A stretch of 64,000 nt of DNA from Lama guanicoe. Its lineage: Eukaryota. The notes beneath the pieces were generated by a model. It was not told the origin of the DNA and ran no database searches. It saw only the letters and a program-made list of their open reading frames with translations. Position numbers and translations under genes: made by a program. Shown here in pieces: positions 35,534 through 48,834 of this stretch; the stretch's first letter is position 1; the number at the start of each line of letters is the position of its first letter. The DNA lies in assembly GCA_013239625.1 (NCBI GenBank), contig MU054323.1:11429815-11493814 (forward strand), written 5' to 3'.

Positions 35534-36959
35534 GACAAGATCAAGGGCGAGACATGATCCAATTAGCAGCTCAGGCCGGCTTGCCCACCCGCTCAGTCAA
35601 GTGGCGTGGATTGGGCCTACCCTGGGCTGCAGTGTGCATGGGGGCGATCAGGGGCAGCAGTCCTGCAGCAAAGAAACTGAGGTGCAGTGGCAGTAGGGGA
35701 GGGGAGGCAAGGTCTTACGGGCCACAGCGTAAGATGCACATTGTAGATGGTATGTGTAGTGGAAAGTTGTCACGTGATCTGATTTTCAGTGAATGAAGCG
35801 ATCCCTCTAGTGCTGTGTGAAGGGTGTCCTTTGGGGTTTAGAGTGGAACTGGAACATAAAAGCATGTAATTCTGGAGCTATAAAGGCATAATTAGCATCC
35901 GAGAGGGAAGACATCAAATGTGGAATGTAAAAAATACCCACTGCCAACGTGATGAATGTCACATACACAGACACACCTGGTGGGTAAACACAAAAGACCA
36001 ATGTTTGTCCCCCAGCTCGCTCCATCCTTTCCCCTCTCAGTGTAGGAGAAATTGAAGGCCGTGAACATAACTTCCTCTTCCAACTCAGAAGGGCCCCATA
36101 AGAACATGGTTGGGTAAAAGACACTAAACCGCCTGGCGTGACAGCAATGATCCTGTAAAGCAGGGAGTGAACGGCCAGCACGAGGAGATGCTCAATAAAT
36201 CGTGATGTTATCATAAAAAAAAAAAGCAGAATCAGAGAGATCAGCTTATCAATTCAGGGCAGGCCCCTGGACAAAGGCATCTATCTACCCAGCGAAAGGG
36301 AGCACCCACGTGGCACACTCGCCCATCCTCTGCCACACCCATTCCCCGAGGCAGCTCTGTGCCCTGGTGACTTCACCCACCTTCCAGCCTTCCACCCAAC
36401 ATTCTGCTCTGTGTCAAATATCAGCTCTCTGCAGACCCAGGTAAAGGCATGCGTTCTCAGACCCCAGACACTGACCTCATACCCACAGTGGGGCTCCACC
36501 CACCCCCAACCACTGTGGGGACACACACTATGGCGAGTATCTCTAAAATTCTAGGAAGTCTTGGAGAATTAAAGGGGAAAGAATTGTCCGCATTTGCAAA
36601 ACTTCCCATGATAGGGCAAAGCTTTCAGGGAGGCATGGGGAACCACAGAGCCAGCTCCAATGCTGGCTTCCTTCCCTGTTTCCTCCCTCAAGCCACTAAA
36701 GATAGAAAGTGAAGAGCCCTCTGCTTCCCTTGGAGCCCTAATGCCGGTGTTCACTAATTAGCTAGCACGGTATGATGAGCTAAGCCTGGCTCTGGTCTCT
36801 GTCCTTATCTGCACCCTTGACATTCACCACAACTTGACCTCCAGTGACCAACAGCTCTCTTCCCTGGCTGGTCGGTAAAGCTCACGTTGGAGTTATCCAT
36901 CTTCAGCAGAGACTCAAGATCATTCTAGTCTAGGAGTGGAACTCTGGGCTTTCCTGAGG

Positions 36960-37190
36960 GCAGCCTGGTGCTGTGGAGGGAGCACAGGCTCTGGGCACAG
37001 GCCAATCTGGGTTCAAACTCAGTGTTACCACAGTCTCACTGCTTGTGCCCTGGCAGGGCTCAGGGCTGCTAAACCTTCCTGAGCCTCAGTTTCCCCAGCT
37101 GGAAATTACGGATGATAATACCCAATTCAAGGCCATCATAAGGGTGATAAAATGATGGATGTCAAACACATGCTACACAGTAGCTGATGG
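36960..37190 (+). mobile_element. MIR SINE
   Basis: agcacaggctctgg...tctgggttcaaa...aaccttcctgagcctcagtttcccca. Confidence 0.8.
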
Positions 37191-37439
37191 GAATACATCA
37201 CTTCCCCCTTCCCCAGCCCTTGGGAGCTAACATGGGCTCTGGATCTACCATTTGCATTTCAGATTTACTCCTGCAGTTAAGATGTGGAATGGATGCATTG
37301 TGAAGGTTAGTTTGAATTGCACATGCACAGTGGTCTCAATTTGAGGTGGAATAACGGGCCCTTCTAGAGTGGCCTACAGTTTCCCAAACTGCATATCACT
37401 TCCTTTCAGTGGTCCCTGTGGAAGGAAAGCATAGGAAGG

Positions 37440-37590
37440 CCCTCTGATCATCTGGTCCGGCTGCCTCATGCACAGATGGGAAGACAGAGACCCACAGCAG
37501 ATAAAGGGCTCACTTAAGTTTATAGAGTAAATAGTGGCAGAGCTGGAACCAGAACTCAGGGTGTCTAACTCTCCAACATCCTGGCCTCCT
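37440..37590 (-). mobile_element. MIR SINE
   Basis: acagatgggaagacagagaccca...agtggcagagctggaaccagaactcagg. Confidence 0.7.
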
Positions 37591-38034
37591 GGGCAGACTT
37601 CATCTGGACTTGGAGAGTGAACTGATGGATTCTTGTGAAGTGGGACTGAATTCCCAATCCTAGTCTCTGATTCTTAATGCCAGATGGCCCAGATGATGTC
37701 CAGCTGACATTTTCTAGATTTATTCTGGCCTCAAGCTTCCCACAAGAGGCCCACATTGTTCCAGCTTGGCCCTGAAGTCCCGGGGCATGCCCTATTTCCT
37801 GCCCCCTTTCTGCGCCTCCGAAGAGTTTCAGTTCATTCATCCAATAAGCACGAATGGACTTCTTCTCTAACAAGCAGCGTGACTAACGTGCCTTAAGAAT
37901 TTAGAATATGATAAACCATGCATGCATTTCTCACTGAATCTCTCAACAAGCTGAGTTTGGTAAGGATTATTTTCCCTATTTTACTAACAAGGAACCAAGG
38001 CTCAGAGGAAAGCAGTTTGCTAAAGTGCTGGATG

Positions 38035-38410
38035 GTGCTGTGTCAATTTGGTTAAGCTGGGAGCTACACTTGCCAGAATTCCCTCCCCTACCTGGCTGAA
38101 AATAACGATTGTAATCTCTCTCATGACTGTGTTGGTTGCCTGGGCTCAGCACTGTGGTTCTTCTGCTCCCTGCGACATCGGCTGGAGCTGCAGCCCTTGG
38201 GGGTACTCCAAGGAGTGCTCCAGCCCCAAGAGCCGTGTCCTAAGAGGGAAGAAGCAGAATATGCCTGTCCTGGCACATGGCGTTTCCCCAAAGCAGCCAC
38301 AGGCCCAGCAAAAACTCAGGGAGAGAGGATGGAGGTGCTAATTCTCAGTGGGGCTTGGGAAAGTATGTACAGGGAGAGGTGGAAATGTTTGGGATCGTTT
38401 TTGGAGCTCA
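38035..38410. mobile_element. Old LTR fragments (ERVL LTR33-like piece followed by MLT1-like piece)
   Basis: ttggttaagctgggagctacacttgccagaattccctcccc, then atctctctcatgactgtgttggttgcctgggctcagc...gttcttctgctcc. Confidence 0.5.
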
Positions 38411-41400
38411 GCCACCTGCTGTCAATCAATCCGCGGTGAGGACTGTCAGAGAGGGTGGGCACACGCCAGCGGGTCACAGAGGGCTGGATGCTGCTCTTGC
38501 CTGCTGTGGCTCTGGAGGCAAAACGGGACATGGACATAGGTTCCAGCTGTGTCCTGAGAGGCAAGGGGGTGCTTTCCAGGAGGAGACGGAGAAGAAGGGG
38601 TGGAGAGAGGGCACATAGCAACAACTTTTATTGAGGTCCTACTGTGTGCCAGGCATCCTGCCCCTTGGAAATGTTACACCGCCTCTTGTCACACCCCTTC
38701 TGGGACATGGCCTGTTCCCACCCCAAACATCCTGCAGACAGAATTGTGGAGGCAGGATGAAGGGAGATTTCCCAAGGCCGCTAGGGATGCTGAGAGCATA
38801 TATTTACACACATAGGGAGTTTCCCACTGGTACCTTGTAAACTAGAGCAGTTAGGGCCTGAGTGATGAGAAGAAAAAGGACAGGGGGATGATGGTTAAAC
38901 TGGAAAAAAATCACAACAGGTATGGTTGGATCAGGTGGGCATAAACTGTTTACCAGCAGAACCTGGAAAGGAGAGAAAATAGAAGACCCCCTTCCCTGAT
39001 GGAGAACACGACCCGTTGTGCCACGTGGGCAGCCAGGCTCCAGCTCTGGGAGTCCCCGGAAAGCGAAAGGAATGAGAAATGGCTCCTTTCACTAGAGGTC
39101 CTCAAGTTGTTTGACAGCCATCCCTTGGTATCATTCCAGGGAAAGGTCCAGCCCGGGCTTGCGGTTTTATCTGTGGCCTGGGTTCCATGGTGCAGCCCCA
39201 GACCTGAAAAGGAGCATCTGGCAAAGAATATGACTGGCAGGAAGGTGGGGAGGGCCGGCGAATGACGTCCACGGCCCCTTGGGCTTACGCAATGCTCATG
39301 GCAGCGGGCCAGCCAGCCCCGAATCTCAGTCACACACAACTCTACCTGGGGAAGAGGTCCCAGTGTCACTCACTTCTCCGAGGGTACGGCGGTCGTTCTG
39401 AAAAGCATGTGGTCTCCCTCTGATGTGAATGTTCCAAGGGGTTAATCATTCCAATTGAGGAGTGGTGCCAAAGTTTGCAGTTGATCACCCAAGCAGTTAA
39501 GCAAGGTCTAGAACGTTCTTAGCTTGAAATAAGAGATCTGTGTAGAATACAGGCCTCCTCTGGCCAGACAGCTGTTGTGCTGGGTGAGTGAGCCCAGGAC
39601 ACATACGGCTTCTCTCTGGTTAGAGCTTTTATTAGCAGAGCTGGGAGGCTTGTTAAGTAAAAAACACGGACGCTGCCTGAATCATGAAGCTGTTCCTCAT
39701 TAGATGTGTGGCCCGGGGTTAAAGTCGCGCCTGATCTGCCAACCTGCCCAAGAACTCTGGCACAAGGTGAGGGGTGAGAAATGGGAGGAGAGCTGAATCC
39801 GCATAAAACTCCTAGGCCTTATGGGAACTCTTGGTAAGGAATCTTTGAAGCAATAACTAAACACTCTAATGCCCCAGCAAGAGTCAGTCCTCTAACTGGT
39901 GGAGATGGGATATTTTCCAGAGAAGACAGGAAATCCTCACTAGGGTCTGGGGGGAGGAGGGGAAGACCTGTACCTCGTCCTGTTCAAGGTGGTAATTGCT
40001 AGCCCTCAAGGAGAATTGGGGTAAGTTTTTATTGTGGAGCAAAAGCCCTGACCCTGAACAGAGAGACGTTAAAATGATCCAGGCAGAGGCTCGGCTCCCA
40101 TACAGGAATGGGTGATTGAGGTTACAGAGGCTCTATGGAGACCAGACCATTATTTGCTTGGAGGGAAAACCTTCCTCTTGGAGCAGAAGGAACTGGCAAG
40201 GTTAAGGCCAAAGTCACGAAGGAGGAGCCTGGCAGTTGACCATTTCCCAAAGGAAGAAGCTGCAGGGCCCGGCCTTGACCTTAGGGCCAGCAGCCTGGTT
40301 CCCAAGGGACTGGTGTAGCTGATGGGGTCTGAGCATTGCATTAGCCCCTGTCTGGGTGGTGATTCCACATCAGCAATGAAACAGCCTCTGGACCCAAAAG
40401 GACGAGACCTCACTCTCATCAGCCAACTCCTTTATTGACCACCAGCTCCTGTCTGTGACTATTTAGAGAATCGCACGAAGCTGGACTCCCACCAACCCCC
40501 AGAGACTCAACGCCATCAGCCAGGCATGCCTGGAGAGGCGGCCTTCTCGGGCCTTCTCCTGCACTCAGACTCCGCCCCTGCCATCTTGCCCATCCACGCC
40601 CCCTGCCATTCTGCCCTCTTCTTGCTGAAGACACCCCTCCCCAACCTGCACACGGGGCTCAGACTCATCTGCTGTCCTCCCAGGGGCCCTCCCTCCCCTC
40701 TGAGCTCTTTCCTCACGGCCTGTAGCACTTGAAGCAACTGGTACGTTTTATCTCCCCTCAGGGGTGGCAGCACCTTCTGAGAGGCCTCCCGGCTTGCACC
40801 TTGTCTCCTGCAGAGCTCAGTACCAGGCTCTGGCTGCAGGAGGGGCTTGTTGAGCGAGAGATCTGAACAGGCTCGGGTAAGAGTATTTGCTAGTGGGTCC
40901 TGTCCCTTAGCAGGTCGTCTCTCCCTTCTAGGCAACCCCTTGGCCTCTGACTACAACCACCAATCATGAATAGCGCCCCCCAGTGCCCATCCGCCAAGCC
41001 TATCACTTGGACCTCACAACAGCCCTTCTCACTAAGTGTGAACCAAGCGCGGGGGTGGAAGGGGCCCCCGCAGGGGAGCTGACTGGGCGCGGTGTCTGCA
41101 TCGTAGGTGCTCACATCTGAACGGCCAAGGCCCGCCTGGACGCGCAGGGCCCAGGGCCCAGCGGCTGCACACAGCGGCGGAGACCGCAGCCCAATCTGAG
41201 CACAAAGAAGCAAAGAAGGCCACCTCTTCCTGACAGCCTCTCTGCTTCCCACGGGGAGACCCCTAAGAGCTCAGCCTCGGACTCTCGGGGAGCTCTCGGT
41301 CCCACATCTGGAGGCCATTTCACACCAGCTCACACCTCCCGGAAAAGCAGCCTGCATTTGACTGTGCTCCATGTCCTCCCGGGGCTGCTCCGGCCCACAT

Positions 41401-41929
41401 TCCACAATCCTCGGGGTCAGAATGAGAAACAGGCCCGGGGACTCGGTGAACTCCTGTGCTCTCCCGGCTCCTCGGCACCTGCTCCCTCCTGGGCCACGAA
41501 CCCAGCCGTCTCCACAGCAAACAGTCGTCAATGGCCGGAAGGGGACCAGGACTTCAGGTGCAGAGGGAGGGGTGGGGTGGAGCGGCACGCACTTTGGCAA
41601 GGACCATTTCCATCCAGATGTTTTTCCCCATAAACCGGCGGGGCCGGGGGGAGGGGGCTGCAAAGCAAGAAGTGGGCCGGGTTCCTAACGACGAGGCCTG
41701 TGAAGTGCATTAGGCCGAAGCTCAGATGGTGACTCAGAACTTCCTCAGGTGCTGTGCTCCATGCATGACGTGCCGGGCGGGGGCTGAGGGCCAGAGCCCC
41801 AGAAGGGTGGGTGTGCAGCCCAGGAAGCTATCCAAGGGCCAGACCTGGGAGTGCAACAGGCTTGGGACACAGAAGCCCCAGGTTCCCCAACCCGCTTTGT
41901 GTTGTGCTGTCAGTCCACTTTCTTCAGTT

Positions 41930-42400
41930 CTAATTAGCACAAGTCCTGAAACTCAGGAGCGCCTACTATGTGCAGGTTCTAGGAATAAGAGAGTGTCTGC
42001 ATCTAAGAACCTCTGGTCATGCAAAGACGATGTGGGGACACACAGCTGGTGACACAGGTCAGCATGTGGCTTGTACCATGACAGTGGGACAACGTGTAGG
42101 GGGACAGAGTAGTCGGACTTGGAGCTGAGGGATGGCAGCAAGGGGACCCTTCGTAGGTGGATAGGGTAGGATTTGGAGGGACATCGAGAAGGAAGCACAG
42201 GGCAACATAGGAACAGGGTCGGTATGACAGGCCAGGCGTGCCCTGGGAATGGCAAACAGCCTAGTGTCTGGGGCGTGCTACAGCTTTGGCCGTAAGCACA
42301 GAGGACAGCGGCCCTGGGAGACGGTGCTGAGATACAGACCGAGGAAGGTCTGAAATGCAGGAATAGGGAAAGTATTTGGTGTTTCACATGTGAATTCGTT
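41930..42400 (-). mobile_element. L2 fragment
   Basis: gagcgcctactatgtgcagg and gaccgaggaaggtctgaaatgcaggaatagggaaagtatttgg. Confidence 0.6.
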
Positions 42401-43772
42401 ACCAACGTTTAGAAATTAAGAGATTTCATAAACAAAGCTGGTTTTTTGTGAAAGTTCAAAAGGTCTGGCAATTTGGGGCTGTGGCTCTGTCGTGCTTCAC
42501 CCAGCTGTGGCTGGGTGGTCGCCGCCCCCGAGCGGGACAAGCATTCTCCCATCTGCTCTGGTCCTCACCACTCCCTACTGTGGCCCTTTATCGAGTGCCT
42601 CTCAGCAGGCCTCCCTCCTCTGTGTCACCTGCCTGCCCTCCATGTGCCTAGGAGTTCAATCTTTGCCGCAGACCCCGAGACGGCGCCAGTGGAGGAGAGG
42701 GGTGGACTGCCACCGAGACGCATTTAGGAAAATATGTTGAGGGCAGTGAGAAAATCTGCAGTCCCGAGTCAGCAAGGCCAGAGAGGGTTTCCTGAAAGTT
42801 TTTGTTGAGGAAAGGGCACAAAAGGAGACAAAAGCAGGGAAAGGCAGGCAGGGGCAGATGGGGCTGGATTAGGTGAGGAGAGTGCTGGAAAGGGAGGAGC
42901 TGAAGTCAACGCCAGGACTTCAAGACCAGGGTCCAGGGCGATGGTGGCGTAGTAGTTCAAGGAGGCAGCCGCCAGAGGCAGAATCGGGCTTCGGGAGAGG
43001 ATGGTGGGCTCGGCCTGGGTGTTTAGAGACTGAGGTTCTGGGGCAGGGTGGCCCTGTGCAAATGTGTGGACACACCAGCCTGGGCATGCAGGGGACCAGA
43101 CACCCCGATCTGGGACTCTCTGCAGACAGGCATGGTCAGGGAGGGTCCTGCAGAGGCCGGAGGTGGAATCGAGCCATACGTCCTCACCTCTCCCCTCGCC
43201 GGCTTAGCTCCTGCTGCGGAGACTAGTCACCACTTGTGTTCTGAGGACCCTCACCAGGAGGGCACTGTCCCTCCATCAGCACACCCCTGAAAATGTGCGT
43301 CACTCAGAGGCCAGAGCCATGCCCGTCTCCGTTTTCCAGGCAGGAAGGGAGCAGTGGGCGTGAACAGGCTAGGCTGTGTCTCTCTCTGCCTGAATCATTT
43401 TGTCTCTTGTTCCTCTGAGCCATCCTGGGGGACGGGCTGGGGTGATGGCCATGAATCACTGGAGCCCTGTGCTGCAGATGGTGAGGACAGTGAGTCACAG
43501 CTCTAGTTCTTCACCGGAAACACATGAGAGACTCAAAGAAAATGTGTCCATGGCCAGGGCTGGGGTGACTGTCCCTCAAACACTGACAGATGTGGCTGTC
43601 ACCTGCAGGACACCTCAGTTCAGATTTTGACTCAGTTCAGACTTCCTCACTGAATCTGTTTCTAAACATACTTCATTTGTGTGGTCCTTTGGTGACTGTA
43701 CCCGCCGCTGGACTCTGTGACAGCCGGGGCTGGGTGCTTAGCATCTAGCCTGCTGCAAATAAACAATTGAAA

Positions 43773-43900
43773 GGGGCGGGTAGAGCTCGGGGTAGAGCGT
43801 GTGCTTAGCACGCATGTGTCCTGGGTTCAATCCCCAGCACCTCCGTTAAAATAAAGAAGTAAGTAAATAAACTTAATTACATCTGCTCTGCAGGCCCCCC
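43773..43900 (+). mobile_element. Camelid vic-1-type tRNA-Ala-derived SINE inserted into an L2 tail
   Basis: tRNA-like head with A box (tagagctcggggtagag) and B box (gggttcaatccc), then taaaataaagaagtaagtaaataaacttaattac; TSD aaataaacaattgaa (43757-43771) / aaatgaactattgaa (43901-43915), 13/15 identical. Confidence 0.85.
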
Positions 43901-44949
43901 AAATGAACTATTGAATGAACAAATGCATGAATGGCTCCAACTGGCATTAACATTTGTAGAGTGTGCAAGTGTGCATGTGTAACCTATAATATACGTATAT
44001 ACACTATTTTGCGTATGGAATATCTTTGGAAGAATACGAACTCACAAGATGTGTAACAGAGCTTACTTGCTGGACACAGAGGCGAGGGATAGGAGTCTGA
44101 GGTGACAGGAAATTTTATTTTCACTTTCTATGTTCATTTCTCTCTCTCTATTCTGCTCTTACAGTGAGAAAAAAAAAATTCTACAAAGGGGCTCACACTA
44201 ATCACACTGTTCTACACCTCTCTTTCATTGTGTGACCCACAGGGGACATCTTTTGTGTCTGTCTGCACAGATTTTGTACCTCTCTGGGGCTGCCATTCCA
44301 CATTCAGGGCCTCTGTTGGGTGGACTCCACACGTGGGCTCGGGGATGCTGGTGTGACCCCTTGCCTTCCGGGTATTGTGTCGGGTTCTTGAGGAGACGAA
44401 GGCCGGCATGGTGGCTGGCTGGGCTCTGGCCCCCAGATGCAGAAGTCAGGCAGAGCAGCAGCAGCCCGGGCAGAAGGAGCATGCAGTCCGGGCTGAGGGA
44501 GAGGGGAGGTCAGAGTCAAGCTGGGCCAGAGAGCCGCGGTACGGGGTCCACTGTGTGCTGCGGGGTCTTCTACTCCCAGTGTGCTGGCTGATCCTGGTGA
44601 GCAGGGCTGGGACTTCCATAAAGAGGGGGACCCTGCCTGGCTGGGTATTTTGCTTCCCTGGGACGACGATGGAGGATTGACTTCACTGGCTCTGCGAACC
44701 TACAGCCACCTCTTCCTGCCCATCTCCCCTCTGGCAGATTCTGGGCAGGACCCAGACCTTCCAGCCTTTGGCCAAGGAGACTCGAGGCAGGAAGCAGGAG
44801 GCAGTGGACTTGTCGGAAAAGCCTTGACCTTGGGGTTCCAAGACTGGGGCTTAGTCTTGGCTTTACCAGTTACTCATGCAACTGCTCTGAGACTGAACTG
44901 ACTTCCATTTCATGAGGTTTTGAGATATGTTTACTTAATAGTTGCACAA

Positions 44950-47900
44950 AACTGCTTCATATGGTTGTTTTAATTTTCTCTTCTGTATTTACTCCCCTGG
45001 TTTCTTGGTTTGTGTTTTTCCTTTAAAATTTTTCAATTAGGTAAACTAATGTCTTAATATCTTTCTGAGTTGGATCTTAACTCATCTGTTTAATTCTTCT
45101 TTTTAAAACTAATGTATCTATTGAGGAATATTAATTGTCCTCTGGACACTGCTTTATTTGTACCCCTTTAATTTAATATGTGTACTTTTCATTGTTTTCT
45201 AGAAATTTTATTTGTTTTCATTTTTGTCATTAACCTAAGAGGAATTTTAAAGGAAGTTTATGGATCTCCAGATGAAGGGGATTTTTTTGTGATATTGTTA
45301 CTAATTCTGTTTTATTACATTGTGATCAGAGAATATCATGTAGACTCTACTGAGGTTCCTTTGCTGAGGTGTAATGTAAGGATTTCATGAACGTTCATAC
45401 ACACGGGGGCATCGGAAAGGTGTGTTCTCTTTTATTAAGGTACAACGTTTGCTCTATTGTTTTACTAAGGTTGACTGTAACTGGCTCTATTTCTCTTTAT
45501 TTTCTGAATCGACCCTGGACTGAGAGACAGATTAAAATATCCCGCTGTGTCTTTGTCAGTTTCTCCTATTTCCTATAATTTCTGCAGTATAGAATTTGCT
45601 ACTATGCTGACTGGCATATAAACATTATAGTTCATGCATCTGAGTTGTGAATTACAACCTTTGGCATTATAAAGTGTCTTTCTTTGACTTGTTTAATGAT
45701 TTCTTTAGCCTGAATGCTCCATTCCTTCTATTAGCCTCATAACTCTTGATTTCTTATTGGCATTTACCTGGCATGACTTTGCTCGTTCTTTTATTTCCAG
45801 CCTTCTTAAACTTTCCTAAATCACTTGGTTTTAGGTGTGTCTTCTGCAGACAGCACAGAGTCGGGTTTCACTTGGGAGCCAATCTGAACATATTCTCAAG
45901 AGTGGAATTTAGTCCACTTACAGTCATGAACATGACGATATATTTGTTCTGAGATTTGTCATACGATTTAATGTCATGTTTTTCTTGTATTTTTTTTTTA
46001 GAAATATAGTCAGTTTACAATGTTATGTCCATTTCTGGTGTACAGCATCATGCTTCAGTCATACACGAACATACATATATTCGTTTTCATACTCTTTTTC
46101 ACCATAAGTTCCTACAAAATATTGAATATGGTTCCCTGTGCTATACAGTATAAACTTAACTGTTAATCTACTTTATATATTAGTTAGTATCTGCAAATCT
46201 TGAATAATGTCATGTTTCTTCTTCTTACTTTTTGTTCTCCTTTTAGTCTTTCACACTGTGGTTTTCTTTTCTTTTTCCCTTCTTGGCTTTGTTTTTTTCT
46301 GTGTGGTTCTCCTCATGTCAGGAAGGAGATTTTTGCTTGTTTTTCTAGTGTTTCTCTTTATGATTCACTTTATGTACAATCCTTAGCTTTCTTCAGACAG
46401 AATGTATTAGTTCCCTTCTGTAAACAAGAACAGAACTAGCACGCTTCCTCTTCCCGGCTGCTCTCCTGGACCCTTTCCTCTCTCATGCTACATTGGTTCA
46501 TCAAAGTAGCATTTTGTATTTATCTTCATCATGTTAAATATGTACATAACTTCTATTGCTTGATTCGTCAGGTCTTCATTACCACATGTTACTGACAAGG
46601 CAATTAGCAAACTCACCTCTGATCTTTTTTACCCTTTCCCTTCAAATTAAAATAACTGTATCAACCAAATACTGTCAGGGGATATACTATTTAAATTTTG
46701 ACTTGTGACTCAAATCTCCACTTTTTAAAAATAGTGATTGCTCTAGGGTTTACCATAAATAGCTCTCCAATAGTACACAATTACATGTAGGTAACATCAC
46801 AGTATACTTCCATTTCCTGCTTCCCATCCTTGGTGCTATTGTCATGCATACTCATTGTAAAGAGGTAAAAATAAGAGCGAAAATTCTTTTCTGTTTCCTC
46901 TTATGTTTACCATTTCCAGGAATCTTCATTTCTTTGTTGAGATACAAATTTCCATCTCATACCACATTCCTTCCAACTGCAAAACTTCCCTGAACATTTT
47001 TTTGTAGCGCAGACCTGCTGGTAACTAATTCACTCAGGTTTGTTTGTCTGGAAAAGTCTATTTTGCTTTTGTTTTCAAAGATATTTTTACTGGTATAAAA
47101 TTATGAATGGACAGATTTCTGCCCCCACCTGCCATACTTTACTGTTTTACTAGCTTCAGGGTTTGCAGAATTTGTGAGAAGTCTGTTGTAGTTCTAATCT
47201 TTTTCTCCTCCATTTTCTCCCTTTTTGTTGCCTTCAGCATTTTCCCTTTATCTTTTGGTTTTAGCAGCTTGACTATAATGTGCCTAAATTTTTTATTGCT
47301 CATTTTGGGTTTTTTTTCTTTAATCATGTTGGAGTTCTTTGAATTTCATGGAATTATAGTTTGTTGCTTTGAATTAATTTTGGAAAATTCTTGGACATTG
47401 TATATTCAAATACTTCTTCTGCCCCATTCTTTCTCTCTTCCTTCTGGAGCTCTGATATTAGATCACTGACGTTAATATTGGCCGTATGTCTTGGATTCTA
47501 TTTTGCCCCTTTGTGTTCCAGTTTGGATCATTTCTATCGACTGACCTGTCTTTAAGTTCACTGTTCCTTTCCTCTGTTATATATCTACTTAAAAGCCATC
47601 AAAGGAGTTCTTCATATTTTTTATTTCAGCATTCCTATTTGACTCTCTTTGTAATTTCCATCTCTCCGGTGAAATCTCCATTTGCTCACCTATATTGTCC
47701 TCTTTTTCCACCAGATCTTTTTCCATAAAATGATCATTATTTTTAAAGCCTCTGATAGTTCTGACATCTGTAATCTGAGTCTGCTTCTATGAAATGTTTT
47801 ATTTCTTGATAATAGGGATTTTTATTTCGGGGTATTTTTTTTTTTTGGTATGTCTTGTAATTTGCATGTGTTTGTAATTTTTTATTGTGTTCCAAGCACT

Positions 47901-48790
47901 GTGAGTAGAATAAAGACTGAAGTAAATAGTATTTATGCCCGGAAGTGAGTATCCGTCTTCCGTAAGGCTGTTCGTATCCGGGGTTGAATCAATTATAATC
48001 AGCAGTTGTGCTGAGTCTGAGTTTTGTAATTGTTATAGTTTACTTCACTGCAGCACAGATTTCAAATTCCTCCAGTGGTGGGCTGCTGTTACTTGCATTT
48101 GGTAGGGGTCTGGGGTGCCAGAAGGTTTTTTTCAGTGTTCTTATGTTCTTCCATCTTCCAGGGCCCTGCATGCCTGCACCACGGAGGGGGCTCTCAACAT
48201 TCTTCTGCAGCTGTAGCCCGCTACTGCTCGTTTCTAGGTGTGAGGCTCATGTTGGGGCAGATGGGGACCTTAGGTTTTCTCTTCTAGCCTTAGTCTTGGG
48301 CAGTCTCTGTGCACCTGGCCCTCATTCCTGCATCTCACTTTTGTGGGGCCCAAACCCCCTCTGGTACCCGTGGGACATCTTGGGCAGGGGAGGGCCTCCT
48401 GCCTCACCATCACTCTCCTACTCCAGTGATAGCAGACCTCTGCTTTGTATCAGTGCAGGACCCTGGAACTGAATTTGCTTCTTACCACTCACCAGCAGTG
48501 CACAGGGAACAGAAGGTTTCCTATCCCTCTTCCAGCGTTAAATGGCTTTTGTTTCTGTTTTCCTTCAGAGGTGATGGATTTTGCCTAGGCCCTGTTTCCT
48601 GTCGTTCCAATGGCTTAAGGCTTTTTCCTGGTAAGAGAGAAGGATCTAGGACATGGGTGGGGTTTTGTGCCCGCCCTCCAGTGGCAGCCATTTACTTGCG
48701 TTTCTTGCCTGCTGCCATCAATGTAAGGTCATCTGCCTTCCCTCAATCTTCCTTGAAAGCCCTTGGTGGAATGTCATGGTAAAGAGCATG
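44950..48790 (-). mobile_element. Old antisense L1 block (5' UTR-like region, ORF1 remnant, ORF2 endonuclease-region remnant)
   Basis: ORF 47139-47327(-) RHIIVKLLKPKDKGKMLKATKREK...IRTTTDFS is an L1 ORF1p motif; T-rich strand bias; ttttaggtgtgtcttctgcagacagca. Confidence 0.75.
45982..46204 (-). mobile_element. Younger camelid-type L1 3' end nested in old L1, 13-bp TSD
   Basis: TAATGTCATGTTT at 45969-45981 and 46205-46217; T-tract, then gaaatatagtcagtttacaatgtt...gttccctgtgctatacag. Confidence 0.88.
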
Positions 48791-48834
48791 TGAGTGCTTC
48801 CAGACTGAGCAATAGGAACAATCCAAAATTAAAT

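Noticed and set aside
43614..43641. Direct repeat CTCAGTTCAGA x2
   Set aside because: Short, two copies, within probable L2-derived sequence.
43773..43845. tRNA-Ala gene
   Set aside because: Stems are degenerate, and it carries a SINE tail and TSD, so it is a tRNA-derived SINE.
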